Shown here piece by piece: positions 53,927 to 63,656 of a stretch of 64,000 nucleotides of DNA (position 1 is the first letter of the stretch; each line of letters starts with the position of its first letter). This DNA comes from Hyphomonadaceae bacterium (lineage in GTDB: Bacteria > Pseudomonadota > Alphaproteobacteria > Caulobacterales > Hyphomonadaceae). The stretch covers positions 5,373-69,372 of the forward strand of contig JAOATF010000017.1 in NCBI GenBank assembly GCA_030158285.1, written 5' to 3'. Both the position numbers and the translations under genes were made by a program. Under the pieces are notes generated by a model. The model made no database searches and was not told the origin of the DNA. It saw nothing but the letters and a program-made list of their open reading frames with translations.

Positions 53927-55015
53927 ATGTGTGCGGCAGGGTTGGAGTGCGCGTTGCCATTAACGAAAATCATCCCGGTCATCATGTCCGGCGGCTCGGG
54001 AACCAGGCTCTGGCCGCTGTCCACCGCCGGGAAACCCAAGCAGTTCCACTTCCTGGGCGCCGACCGGACAATGATCGAGGAGACCGTCATGCGGTTCTCC
54101 GGCGAGCATGACGGCGTTCGTTTCCTGCCGCCTGTCATCATTGCCTCCGCCGCCCATGGCGATCTGGTGCGCGATGCCCTGGCTGCCTGCGGCATCGAAG
54201 CGGCGGCCGTGATCCTCGAACCCAAGGGCCGCAACACCGCCGCCACCGCGGCGCTGGCCGCCCTCATCGCGCAGGAGATCGATCCCGAGGCGCATGTCCT
54301 TCTCGCCCCCGCCGACCATCTCGTGACAAAGGCCGATGCCTTCGTCCGCACCATCCGCGCCGCCAGCTCCGTCCTGCCCGATCGCATCGTCACATTCGGC
54401 ATCAATCCGGCGGGCCCTGAAACAGGCTATGGCTACATCCTGCAGGGCGACCAGCTCGCCGATGGCGTTCACGCCATCGTCACGTTCAAGGAGAAGCCCG
54501 AGCTGCATGTCGCCGAGCAGTACCTGCGCGACGGCGGCTATAGCTGGAATTCCGGCGTCTTCCTGTTCTCGCCGCGCATGATGCTGGACGAATTCGGGAT
54601 CGCCGCCGCCGACATCCGCGATGGCGCCGCTCACGCCCTGTCGCGCGCCACACGCACCGGTCCGGTCATCCTGCTCGACGCCGAAGCCTTCGCCGCCGTG
54701 CGCAGCGAGGCCGTCGACCGCGCCGTGATGGAGCATACCCGCCGCGCCGCCGTTGCTCCCTGCGATATCGGCTGGGCCGATGTCGGCTCCTGGGCCGAGG
54801 TCTGGCGGCTCTCCGAAAAGGACGGGCAGGGCAATGCCGTTGCGGGCCCCGTCATCGTCCACGAGGGGGAAAACAACCTCGTCCGCACCGATGGGCCGCA
54901 TATCTCCATCGTCGGCCTGTCGGACCTGATCGTCATCGCCAGCGGCGATTCGATCCTGATCGCCCCACGCGAACGCGCGCAGGACGTCAAAAAAGTGATT
55001 CCGGGCGGTGGCTGA
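53927..55015 (+). CDS. manC: Mannose-1-phosphate guanylyltransferase (nucleotidyltransferase domain only, no cupin/PMI domain)
   Basis: IIPVIMSGGSGTRLWPLS, KQF, ILEPKGRNTAATAALAA, GYGYI, SWNSGVFLF, GWADVGSW. The ORF is open from 53537, but that part is antisense to the UbiA gene. Confidence 0.85.
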   Translation: MCAAGLECALPLTKIIPVIMSGGSGTRLWPLSTAGKPKQFHFLGADRTMIEETVMRFSGEHDGVRFLPPVIIASAAHGDLVRDALAACGIEAAAVILEPKGRNTAATAALAALIAQEIDPEAHVLLAPADHLVTKADAFVRTIRAASSVLPDRIVTFGINPAGPETGYGYILQGDQLADGVHAIVTFKEKPELHVAEQYLRDGGYSWNSGVFLFSPRMMLDEFGIAAADIRDGAAHALSRATRTGPVILLDAEAFAAVRSEAVDRAVMEHTRRAAVAPCDIGWADVGSWAEVWRLSEKDGQGNAVAGPVIVHEGENNLVRTDGPHISIVGLSDLIVIASGDSILIAPRERAQDVKKVIPGGG

Positions 55016-55076
55016 GGCGCTATAAGCGTCCCGCCGGGCTGCCCATTGAGCCAGGGGCCCCGAAGGAGACGCGCCG

Positions 55077-55730
55077 ATGCAGCTGTTCATTGATTCCGCC
55101 GACGTGGCCGAGCTGCGCGCAGCCGCCGCCAGCGGGCTGATCGACGGCGTCACCACCAACCCGTCGCTGATCGCCAAGTCCGGCCGCAACATGAAGGAAG
55201 CGATCGCCGAGATCTGCTCCATCATCCCCGGCCCGGTCAGCGCCGAAGCCGTCGCCACCGATGTGGAGGGCATGCTCAACGAAGGCCGCTACCTCGCGCG
55301 CATCGCCTCCAACGTCGTCGTGAAACTGCCGCTCACCGAGAACGGCCTGCGCGCCTGCCGCACGCTCTCCGACGAGGGCATCAAGGTCAACGTGACGCTG
55401 TGCTTCTCCGCCGTGCAGGCGATGCTGGCTGCGAAAGCCGGCGCCTATTTCATCTCGCCCTTCATCGGCCGCCTCGACGACAAGGGCGAGGATGGCATGG
55501 ATCTCATCCACGACATCCGTCAGGTCTACGACAATTACGGTTTCGGCACGAACGTCCTCGCCGCCTCGATCCGCACGCCCGAGCACGTGAAGCAGTGCGC
55601 GCTGGCCGGCGCTGACTGCGCTACGCTGCCGCCGAAAATCTTCGCGCAGCTCTACAAGCACGAGCTGACGGATTCGGGCGTTGCCGCCTTCCTCAAGGAC
55701 TGGGCCTCGACCGGCCAGTCGATCCTCTGA
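55077..55730 (+). CDS. tal: Short (type 3B) transaldolase / fructose-6-phosphate aldolase family
   Basis: [47 protein letters not shown]; 217 aa. Confidence 0.88.
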   Translation: MQLFIDSADVAELRAAAASGLIDGVTTNPSLIAKSGRNMKEAIAEICSIIPGPVSAEAVATDVEGMLNEGRYLARIASNVVVKLPLTENGLRACRTLSDEGIKVNVTLCFSAVQAMLAAKAGAYFISPFIGRLDDKGEDGMDLIHDIRQVYDNYGFGTNVLAASIRTPEHVKQCALAGADCATLPPKIFAQLYKHELTDSGVAAFLKDWASTGQSIL

Positions 55731-55734
55731 TCGC

Positions 55735-56790
55735 ATGACGGGGGACGCCGAAGGGATCGCACCGGACATCACAGTCGTCGTCGTCAACTACAATGGCGGC
55801 GACTATCTCCGCGGCTGCCTTGCCTCCTTGGCGCGCCAGACCTTCACCAATTTCGAGACCATCGTCATCGACAATGCCTCGAGCGATAACTCGCTCGAGC
55901 GCATCGTCGAGACGCCGACGCGCCTCACCATCCTGCGCCAGAAGACAAATCTTGGTTTCGCCGGCGGCAACAATGTCGGCGCGCGCGCGGGGCGGGGCAG
56001 GTGGCTTGCGCTACTCAACCCCGATGCCGAAGCCGCGCCTGACTGGCTCGACGCCATGTTGCGCGCCATCGCGGCGCGTCCCTCGCATCGCATGATCGCC
56101 TGCAAGCAGGTCAGCCTGCACGATCCGTCAAAGCTGGATGGCGCGGGCGACTGCTATCTCGCCTACGGCTATGCGTGGCGTGGCGGCTTTGGCCACGCGA
56201 TCGGGAATGCGCCGCCTGCAGGCGAATGCTTTGCGCCCTGTGGCGCCGCCGCGCTCTATCCGCGCGACGTCTTTCTCGACTCCGGCGGGTTCGATGAGCG
56301 GTATTTCTGCTATCACGAAGACGTCGACATCGCCTTCCGCCTGCGCATGCAGGGCGAACGCTGCCAGTATGTCGCCGATGCCGTCGTGCGCCATGCCGGC
56401 TCCGCCATCACAGGCCAAAGCAGCCGCTTTGCGGTGTTCCACGGCGTGCGCAACGGCGTGTGGACCTATGTGAAGAACATGCCCGGCTGGCTCTTGCTGC
56501 TGACCAGCCCGGTCTGGCTCGTGGGCTCGCTGATGCTGCTGGCGCGTGGCGCGCTGCGCGGTGTGTTCGTGCCGACATGGCAGGGTTTTATCGCCGCGTT
56601 TGCAGGACTGGGTCCAATGCTTGCCGCCCGCAAGCCGCTGAAGGCGCGCCGCAAGGTATCGCCTGCGCAGATCGCAGTGGCCTTTACCTGGAACCCGTTC
56701 CGCTATCTCGGGCGCAGCATCGATGTACGTCCGTTTCCACCCGATCAGTCGGTGATCCGCAACACTTCGGCGAACGCCAGGAACACGTGA
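55735..56790 (+). CDS. Glycosyltransferase family 2 (rhamnosyltransferase-like)
   Basis: ITVVVVNYNGGDYLRGCLASLARQTFTNFETIVIDNASSDNS, NLGFAGGNNVG, YHEDVDIAFR; C-terminal TM helices. Confidence 0.85.
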   Translation: MTGDAEGIAPDITVVVVNYNGGDYLRGCLASLARQTFTNFETIVIDNASSDNSLERIVETPTRLTILRQKTNLGFAGGNNVGARAGRGRWLALLNPDAEAAPDWLDAMLRAIAARPSHRMIACKQVSLHDPSKLDGAGDCYLAYGYAWRGGFGHAIGNAPPAGECFAPCGAAALYPRDVFLDSGGFDERYFCYHEDVDIAFRLRMQGERCQYVADAVVRHAGSAITGQSSRFAVFHGVRNGVWTYVKNMPGWLLLLTSPVWLVGSLMLLARGALRGVFVPTWQGFIAAFAGLGPMLAARKPLKARRKVSPAQIAVAFTWNPFRYLGRSIDVRPFPPDQSVIRNTSANARNT

Positions 56791-57878
56791 TAGAGCGTCG
56801 AGGCCGGCACGGTGCGCGCGGCCTCGCGTCCCTCGGCATCGAACGCGTCCATCCAGATCCCGGCGGGCTCGCGTGCCAGAAAGCGTTTCAGAAGCACGCC
56901 TGCAGCCGCATCAATCACCGGGCCGGGATCCACGCCGTCCAGCTCCCACAGCGCGATCGCGGCCTTGATGCGCTCGCAATTGGGCCAGGTGCGCGATCCG
57001 GCGTCGAGCACCACCCCGTCATCACGCACGCTGTTGTAGACCATGCCGGTCTCGGGATCGATGCCGTACGTCTCGGCAAATCGGATCGCGGCGCGTATCT
57101 CCGCGCTGACGTCCATGCCCAGCTGCTTGCGCGCCTGGTTGAGGATCCAGCACCACTCCATCAGGTGACCGGGTTCCACGATGCGGCCATCGTCGCCCGG
57201 TGCGCGCGACCAGTCGTCGGTGAAATATTCCGCCAGCGTGCCCGTCCTCACATCGAACAGTTTCGTGCGGAACAGCTCCACCAGCCGGCGCGCCGTCTCG
57301 GCAAAGCGCACCTCGCCCGTTGCCTCATGCGCGGCGAGGAAGGCTTCGGTGAGGTGCATGTGCGGATTCTGCTGCCGCCATCCCGTCGGCGGGAGCTCAT
57401 GCCAGAACCCCAGCCCGCCCGGATGGCGCATATGCGCGTCGAGATAGTCGACCGTCCGGTGCATCCAGGCGAGCGATGCCTCATCCCGCATCATCCTGTG
57501 CCGCCAGGCGAAGCCGAACAGGGCAAAGGCGTGGTCATAGAGATCGGGCGTTTGGTCCAGCACCTCGCCCGTGCGGGCCAGCATCCGGGCAAAACCCTTG
57601 TCCGGCCCTTGCCATGCGTGCGTGGCGAGGTAGGCCATGCCGGGCCTGGCCAGCTCGGCGCCCGCGGTCCAGCCCATCAATGCCGCGTGCGAAAACACAT
57701 AGACCTGCCGGCCGGCCACCCGCGTCCGCTTGAAGGCGACGCCAGCGTCCTGTCCGTCCAGCGTCAACTGTTCCAGATACCCGCCATTGTCCGGGTCCAG
57801 CCCATGCGTCGCCCAGAAAGGCAGCGCCTGGTCGAACATCCACGACCGGATCGATTCGCGTGTCCTGACGTCCGGCAT
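56745..57878 (-). CDS. AGE-family (N-acylglucosamine 2-epimerase / mannose-6-phosphate isomerase-like) enzyme
   Basis: (alpha/alpha)6-type repeats: WMFDQALPFWATHGLD, LYDHAFALFGFAW, GHLMEWCWIL. Converges on and overlaps the GT2 3' end by 46 nt. Confidence 0.7.
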   Translation of the reverse strand: MPDVRTRESIRSWMFDQALPFWATHGLDPDNGGYLEQLTLDGQDAGVAFKRTRVAGRQVYVFSHAALMGWTAGAELARPGMAYLATHAWQGPDKGFARMLARTGEVLDQTPDLYDHAFALFGFAWRHRMMRDEASLAWMHRTVDYLDAHMRHPGGLGFWHELPPTGWRQQNPHMHLTEAFLAAHEATGEVRFAETARRLVELFRTKLFDVRTGTLAEYFTDDWSRAPGDDGRIVEPGHLMEWCWILNQARKQLGMDVSAEIRAAIRFAETYGIDPETGMVYNSVRDDGVVLDAGSRTWPNCERIKAAIALWELDGVDPGPVIDAAAGVLLKRFLAREPAGIWMDAFDAEGREAARTVPASTLYHVFLAFAEVLRITD

Positions 57879-58062
57879 GGCGCTCCTGCATTACAACCCG
57901 GCGCAAGACCTAACAGATGGATCGCCAGCTCGAAATTCCCACAACGTGTAATGTGGTGGGTCACGCAAGGCTGTTCACAGGCGGATTGCCAGCCGGGCCG
58001 GTCTGCGCTCAAAGAGCCTCCAGCCTGTCAGATACGCGACAGGTTGCAGGGATAGCGAGCCA

Positions 58063-59052
58063 ATGGGCGCCGACAGGCCACAGCACGTCCTTCTCACCGG
58101 CGCGGCCGGTTTCATCGGCTTCCACGTGGCTGGCGCGCTGCTGGACGCCGGCATCGCCGTCACTGGCGTGGATAGCCTCAATGATTACTACCCTGTCACA
58201 CTCAAGACCGACCGCCTCGCCCGGCTGACCGGCCGGTCAGGTTTCCGCTTCCATCACCTCGACATCGCCGACCATGCCGCGCTGAAAGCCGCCGAAGGCG
58301 CGCTGCAGGCTGACGCCGTGATCCATCTCGCGGCGCAGGCAGGGGTCCGCTACTCGATCGACAATCCGTTCGCCTACGCGCAGTCGAACCTCGTGGGTCA
58401 CCTCTCGGTGCTCGAACTCGTGCGCCACAGCCCGGCCCGGCCGCGCCTCGTCTACGCCTCGTCATCCTCGGTCTATGGCGACACGGCGACCGCCCCCTAT
58501 TCGGAAAGCGAGCGTGTCGATCATCCGGTCTCGCTCTATGCGGCGACAAAACGCTCCAACGAGCTGATCAGCGAATCCTATTCCAAGCTCTATGGCCTCG
58601 ATCAGGTCGGCCTGCGCTTCTTCACCGTCTATGGCCCATGGGGCCGACCGGACATGGCCTACTGGACCTTCACGCGCGACATCATCGAAGGCCGCCCGAT
58701 CCGCGTCTTCAACAATGGCCAGCTCGAGCGCGACTTCACCTGGATCGACGACATCGTCGCCGGCGTCGTCGCCACCGCGCTGCGCGCGCCGGCCACGCCC
58801 CAGCCGCTGCATCGTGTCTACAATATCGGCAACAACCGCCCTGTCGAACTCGGCCGCTTCATTTCCGCCATCGAGGAGGCCGTCGGCCGCAAGGCGGAGA
58901 AGATCATGGCGCCGATGCAGCCGGGCGATGTGCGCGCCACCTGCGCCAATATCGACGCGCTGAAACGCGACTATGGCTTCTCGCCGTCAACGCGGCTGGA
59001 AGACGGCATTCCCCGCTTCGTACGCTGGTATCGCGACTATACCGGAACCTGA
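58063..59052 (+). CDS. NAD-dependent nucleotide-sugar epimerase (UDP-glucuronate 4-epimerase-like)
   Basis: VLLTGAAGFIGFHV, YASSSSVYG, YAATKRSNEL, RFFTVYGPWGRPDMA. Confidence 0.82.
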   Translation: MGADRPQHVLLTGAAGFIGFHVAGALLDAGIAVTGVDSLNDYYPVTLKTDRLARLTGRSGFRFHHLDIADHAALKAAEGALQADAVIHLAAQAGVRYSIDNPFAYAQSNLVGHLSVLELVRHSPARPRLVYASSSSVYGDTATAPYSESERVDHPVSLYAATKRSNELISESYSKLYGLDQVGLRFFTVYGPWGRPDMAYWTFTRDIIEGRPIRVFNNGQLERDFTWIDDIVAGVVATALRAPATPQPLHRVYNIGNNRPVELGRFISAIEEAVGRKAEKIMAPMQPGDVRATCANIDALKRDYGFSPSTRLEDGIPRFVRWYRDYTGT

Positions 59053-59058
59053 TCCGTT

Positions 59059-60117
59059 TCAGGCGCCCGCGTAGGGCGGCGTCCAGAAGCCGAACGCTGC
59101 GCTCTGCTGTGTCGGATTGCGCGTGGGATCGATCTTGATGCCCAGCACCTCGACATTCATGCTGCCCACCAGCGACGCGCCCTGCGCCACCAGCTTGTAG
59201 TTCGCGCCATCCGACACATAGGCGTACTGGGTCGCCGGCCCGTGCATCGGATCAAGTGGCAGCTCGGGCAGGAACGCCGGCGCCAGCCCGGGAATCCATC
59301 CCGCGCCGCGTTCGTTCGCGCCCACCAGCCCGTCCGCCTTCGGGAAGACGCCCGTTTTGGCATGGTGAGCCTTGATCGCGTCGTTGATGGTCACGAGATC
59401 CTGGATCCGCTTGCGGTTGATCGCCCGCGGGTCCGGCGGCGGCGCGCCAACGACGGCAGCCAGAGGCTGCGCCGCTGCGGGCGGCTGGGCAGACGCTTGC
59501 GGCTTCGCTGTCGGCGCAGGTGCGGCAGCAACAGGCTGCGGCGCCGGTGCAGGCCTTGGCGCCGGAGCGGGAGCCGGAGCAGCAGCAACGGGCGGCGGCG
59601 GTGCGGGCTTCGGTTGCGGCGGCGGCGCGGGCTGCGGTGCAACAGGCGGCGGAGCAGCGGCCTGAACAGGCGCCGGCTGCGGGGCCGGAGCAGGTTGCGG
59701 AGCAGGCGCAACAGGCGGCGCCGGTTTCGGCGCAGCGGTCATCAGGGGAGCCATCGGCTGAGGTGGGGGCGCGACGGGCGGTTGCACCGGCGGCGGTGCG
59801 GCCTTGGGAATTTCGGGGGCCTTGGCGGTCGGCTGGATCGTCTCGCGCGCCAGCGACGGCGATTTCACGACCGGCTTGTCACGCGACTTCTTTTTCTTTC
59901 CACCGGTCGCCAGCGCGATGATGATCAGCAGGAAGCCGAAGCCCGCCGCCCCGCCACCGGCATAGAGCGCCATCGGCGTCTTCAGGAATTCACGCGAGCC
60001 CGGCAGCTGGTCGAACTGCGGGAATGTCGACAGGTCGATCGGCGCATATTGCACACCGGCCACCGCGCCCCCGCCCAGCATCAGCAGGAGACCCAGAAAA
60101 ATGATCAGACCACGCAC
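59059..60117 (-). CDS. Membrane-anchored Pro/Ala-rich protein with a pseudopilin-like C-terminal domain
   Basis: Two N-terminal TM helices, a KKKK stop-transfer, then ~150 aa of low-complexity P/A/Q/V sequence (PAPAPQPAP...). The C-terminal ~110 aa carry LPLDPMHGPATQYAYVSDGANYKLVAQG, reminiscent of the GspG-type DPWGxxYxY...G motif. Confidence 0.55.
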   Translation of the reverse strand: MRGLIIFLGLLLMLGGGAVAGVQYAPIDLSTFPQFDQLPGSREFLKTPMALYAGGGAAGFGFLLIIIALATGGKKKKSRDKPVVKSPSLARETIQPTAKAPEIPKAAPPPVQPPVAPPPQPMAPLMTAAPKPAPPVAPAPQPAPAPQPAPVQAAAPPPVAPQPAPPPQPKPAPPPPVAAAPAPAPAPRPAPAPQPVAAAPAPTAKPQASAQPPAAAQPLAAVVGAPPPDPRAINRKRIQDLVTINDAIKAHHAKTGVFPKADGLVGANERGAGWIPGLAPAFLPELPLDPMHGPATQYAYVSDGANYKLVAQGASLVGSMNVEVLGIKIDPTRNPTQQSAAFGFWTPPYAGA

Positions 60118-60369
60118 GCAATACTCCCGTTCCCCGCATCCGAACCCTAGCGCGGCCTCCGTTGCGCCTCAACAGCAAGATGACGCGCATGCCTTTCGGG
60201 GCGAGCGCGCCTTTGCCGTCTCTCGCCGGGGGTGAGGCTAGGGCCATCACCTTGCCCCGGCCACCCTTGAAAGCAGTGCAGGGCGCCCGTGCCCGAGGCG
60301 CCTTGGGCCACCTTGAGGCAGGCGAGGGCGTATCGTGACTTTGCCCGCAATCTGGTCCAAACCCGGCGC

Positions 60370-61329
60370 ATGCCGGATCATGTTCACATCGAAACCGCAC
60401 GCCGCGTCCTGCAGCTTGAGGCCGACGCGCTGGGGCAGCTGTCGCGGGGTCTGGACCAGCGTTTCGTCAAGGCCGTCGAGACCATCCTCGCCGCCAAGGG
60501 CCGGGTGATCTGCACCGGCATCGGCAAGTCCGGCCACGTCGCCCGCAAGATCGCCGCCACCATGGCCTCCACCGGCACCCAGGCCTATTTCGTCCACGCC
60601 ACGGAAGCCTCCCATGGCGACCTCGGCATGATCGGGCAGGATGATGTGGTGCTGGCCCTGTCCAAGTCCGGCGAGACCAAAGAACTCGCCGACATGCTGA
60701 GCTACGCCAAACGCTACTCGATCCCGCTCCTCGGCATGACCGCCAAGGCAGATTCGACCCTTGGCCGCGCCGCTGACATCCTGCTGCAGGTCCCCGACGC
60801 GGCCGAAGCCTGCGCCGAGACCAACGCCCCCACCACCTCCACCACCCTCATGATCGCGCTGGGTGATGCTCTCGCTGTGGCTCTGCTGGAAAGCAAAGGC
60901 TTCAAGGCCGATCACTTCAAGGTCTTCCACCCGGGCGGAAAGCTCGGCGCGATGCTGCGCACCGCCGGCGATGTGATGCACAAGTCAACCGAGCTGCCGC
61001 TCGTCGCCGCCGGCACGCCCTTCATCGATGCGGTGAAGTCGATGACCGGCAAGGGCTTCGGCGTCCTCGGCGTCACCAGCCCCGATGGCGCGCTCGCCGG
61101 CCTCGTCACCGATGGCGACCTCCGCCGCTATCTCACCTCGGGCAAGACCGCGGCCGTCATCGACGACGTGATGACCAAATCTCCCCGCACAGCCGAGCCC
61201 GGCTCCCTCGCCGCCGACGTGCTGCGCACCCTGAACGAGCGCAAGATCACGCAGATCTTCGTGGTCGACGCCGGCAAGCCGGTCGGCCTCATTCACATGC
61301 ATGACTTGCTGAAGGCTGGATTGGCGTGA
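60370..61329 (+). CDS. kdsD: Arabinose-5-phosphate isomerase (SIS + tandem CBS), KdsD/KpsF
   Basis: GRVICTGIGKSGHVARKIAATMASTG, VLALSKSGET, then a CBS pair. The ORF is open from 60289. Confidence 0.88.
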   Translation: MPDHVHIETARRVLQLEADALGQLSRGLDQRFVKAVETILAAKGRVICTGIGKSGHVARKIAATMASTGTQAYFVHATEASHGDLGMIGQDDVVLALSKSGETKELADMLSYAKRYSIPLLGMTAKADSTLGRAADILLQVPDAAEACAETNAPTTSTTLMIALGDALAVALLESKGFKADHFKVFHPGGKLGAMLRTAGDVMHKSTELPLVAAGTPFIDAVKSMTGKGFGVLGVTSPDGALAGLVTDGDLRRYLTSGKTAAVIDDVMTKSPRTAEPGSLAADVLRTLNERKITQIFVVDAGKPVGLIHMHDLLKAGLA

Positions 61330-61339
61330 AATCCGTCCC

Positions 61340-62143
61340 ATGAAATCCGTCATCGTCATTCCCGCGCGCTACGCCTCCACGCGCTTCCCCGGCAAGCCGC
61401 TGCACCCGATCAACGGCGTCTCGATGCTTGCCCGCACCGTGGCGGCCGCACGCGCGGCAGGGCAGGCGACCGGCGCGCGCGTGCTTGTCGCCACGGATGA
61501 TGATCGCATCGCCGCCCACGCGCGTGAGATCGGCGCCGAACCGGTGATGACGCATCCCGATCTTCCTTCGGGAACAGACCGCTGCCGCGCCGCGATGGAA
61601 ATCGCCGCGCCCGAAGCCGATTTCATCGTCAACCTGCAGGGCGACGCCCCGTTCACGCCGCCCGCGCACGTCTCCGCCCTGATCGCCAACGCCACGCGCG
61701 CCGATGTGGTGACGCCCGTGATCAACCTCACCTGGGCCGCGCTCGATGCCCTCCGCGAGCACAAGCAATCGACGCCCTTCTCCGGCACCACCTGCATCCG
61801 CGGCGAAGACGGTCGCGCCATCTGGTTTTCGAAGAACATCCTCCCCGCCATCCGCAGCGAGGCGAAAATGCGCGCCGCTGGCCCGCTCTCGCCCGTCCTG
61901 CAGCACGTCGGTCTCTACGGCTACACCCGCGCAGCCCTGGAACGCATCGCCGCCCTGAAGCCCTCGAAATACGAAGAGCTCGAAGGCCTCGAACAACTCC
62001 GCTTCCTCGAGAACGGCCTCAGCGTTTATGCCGTCCCCGTCGCGGCCTCGGAGTTGCCGTCAGCGGGTATCGACACGCCGCAGGACGTTGCCAAGGCGGA
62101 AGCGGCGCTGCAGCGGCTGGGCGACCCGTTCAAATCTGTTTGA
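61340..62143 (+). CDS. kdsB: 3-deoxy-manno-octulosonate cytidylyltransferase (CMP-Kdo synthetase)
   Basis: VIVIPARYASTRFPGKPL, VNLQGDAPF, LEQLRFLENG. Confidence 0.92.
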   Translation: MKSVIVIPARYASTRFPGKPLHPINGVSMLARTVAAARAAGQATGARVLVATDDDRIAAHAREIGAEPVMTHPDLPSGTDRCRAAMEIAAPEADFIVNLQGDAPFTPPAHVSALIANATRADVVTPVINLTWAALDALREHKQSTPFSGTTCIRGEDGRAIWFSKNILPAIRSEAKMRAAGPLSPVLQHVGLYGYTRAALERIAALKPSKYEELEGLEQLRFLENGLSVYAVPVAASELPSAGIDTPQDVAKAEAALQRLGDPFKSV

Positions 62144-62303
62144 GCTGTCCGGCGCCGCAGACGACAAACATTCCGCAGCGTCCGTATGTAGTCTTACGAA
62201 GCTGACGACCCTCGAACGCGAATGACCTCGCCTTGTTTGCAGCCGGGGACATGCCTACGCTCAGCGCTGACATCATGCATTCAGCAGAAGGCTCAGCAGT
62301 CTG

Positions 62304-63641
62304 ATGGCGGATACCGCTTCACACCTGCCCTGGCATCTTCGCGGCAACTGGGCGCCACTTCTCGACGAGCGAACGGCTTCTAGCCTGCAGGTTGAGGGCG
62401 CGATCCCGCCTGAACTCAACGGCACCTACATCCGGACCGGCCCCAATCCAAAGTCCGGGCGATCGCCTCACTGGTTCCTCGGCGATGGAATGGTTCATGG
62501 CATTCGCCTCCGGAACGGCAAGGCCGAATGGCACCGTAATCGTTTCGTGCAGACGCCGAATATCACCGACCGGGTTGAGCGTCCGCCGAACGCGCCGCGC
62601 GAGCTTGGCCGAGGCACGGCCAACACGCATGTGGCCTTGCACGGAAAGCAGATCCTCTGCCTCAACGAAGCATCCTGGCCATGGCTGATCGACCAGGATC
62701 TCAACACCGTCGGCCTTCAGAATTATGGCGGCGCGCTTTCCTGTTCGATGACGGCGCATCCGAAAGTGTGCCCGGAGACCGGCGAGCTGCTGGCCTTCTC
62801 CTACTTCGGCTTCAAGCCGCCTTTCCTTCACTACATCCGCATAGGCGCGGATGGTCAGCTGAAGCAGCTTGAAGGCATCAACATCCCGAACATGGTGATG
62901 ATGCATGATTTCAGCATCACGCGGCATCATGTGATCTTCATGGACCTGCCGCTGGTGTTCAAGCCGGAACTGCTGGCCTCGGGCATGCCCTATAAGTTCG
63001 ATGCCTCAGCCGGCGCGCGCATCGGCGTCATGCCGCGCAACGGAACGGGCGCCGATGTGCGCTGGTTTCCGATCGACCCCTGCTATGTCTTCCACACCGT
63101 GAATTCATACGAGGACGGCAATCGCATCATCATGCACGTGTCGAAAATGGCGTCCGCTTTCGGCGCCGACTCGAACGACTACGCCAATGTTGCAAGGCTC
63201 TGGCGCTGGACCATCGATCTCGATGCAGGAACCGTTTCGCAGGATCAGATCGACGACAGCCCCGGTGATTTCGGGCGCGTCAATGAAAGTCGCGTGGGTC
63301 TCAAGGCCCGCTACGGCTATCTCATGTCACTCGCCGGCGAGGGTAATTCCGAGGAGCCGATCTATGGCCCGCAGCTCTTGAAGTATGACTTGCGCGATGG
63401 TTCGCGCGTTACCCATGAGCTTGGCCACAACGTGCGGGGCGGCGAGCCCGTCTTCGTGCCCGGCGGCGCCGGCGAGGACGAGGGCTGGGTCATGACGATC
63501 TGCCACGATGAAACCAGCGGGAGATCGAAATTCGTGATCGTTGATGCCCAGGACTTTGCCGCGCGGCCAGTTGCAACCATCCATCTGCCCGAGCGCGTTC
63601 CCTATGGCGCGCACGGTAGCTGGATACCGCTTCAGCAATAA
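62304..63641 (+). CDS. Carotenoid-oxygenase-family (apocarotenoid/stilbene-cleaving) dioxygenase
   Basis: GNWAPL, HWFLGDGMVHG, MMHDFSITRHHVIF, FHTVNSYEDG, YGAHGSWIP: the four-His iron-ligand pattern. Confidence 0.82.
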   Translation: MADTASHLPWHLRGNWAPLLDERTASSLQVEGAIPPELNGTYIRTGPNPKSGRSPHWFLGDGMVHGIRLRNGKAEWHRNRFVQTPNITDRVERPPNAPRELGRGTANTHVALHGKQILCLNEASWPWLIDQDLNTVGLQNYGGALSCSMTAHPKVCPETGELLAFSYFGFKPPFLHYIRIGADGQLKQLEGINIPNMVMMHDFSITRHHVIFMDLPLVFKPELLASGMPYKFDASAGARIGVMPRNGTGADVRWFPIDPCYVFHTVNSYEDGNRIIMHVSKMASAFGADSNDYANVARLWRWTIDLDAGTVSQDQIDDSPGDFGRVNESRVGLKARYGYLMSLAGEGNSEEPIYGPQLLKYDLRDGSRVTHELGHNVRGGEPVFVPGGAGEDEGWVMTICHDETSGRSKFVIVDAQDFAARPVATIHLPERVPYGAHGSWIPLQQ

Positions 63642-63656
63642 GGCCGGAACGCCGCC

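Noticed and set aside
59383-59835. Repetitive GC-rich nucleotide tract that could be mistaken for a tandem-repeat or CRISPR-like array.
   Set aside because: There are no regular repeat-spacer units. It is degenerate GCN/CCN low complexity encoding the Pro/Ala linker of the 59059-60117 product.
62304-63641. Carotenoid-oxygenase-family gene as part of the glycan system.
   Set aside because: It has no mechanistic link to polysaccharide synthesis. It lies beyond kdsB next to purU and most likely marks the return to ordinary chromosome.
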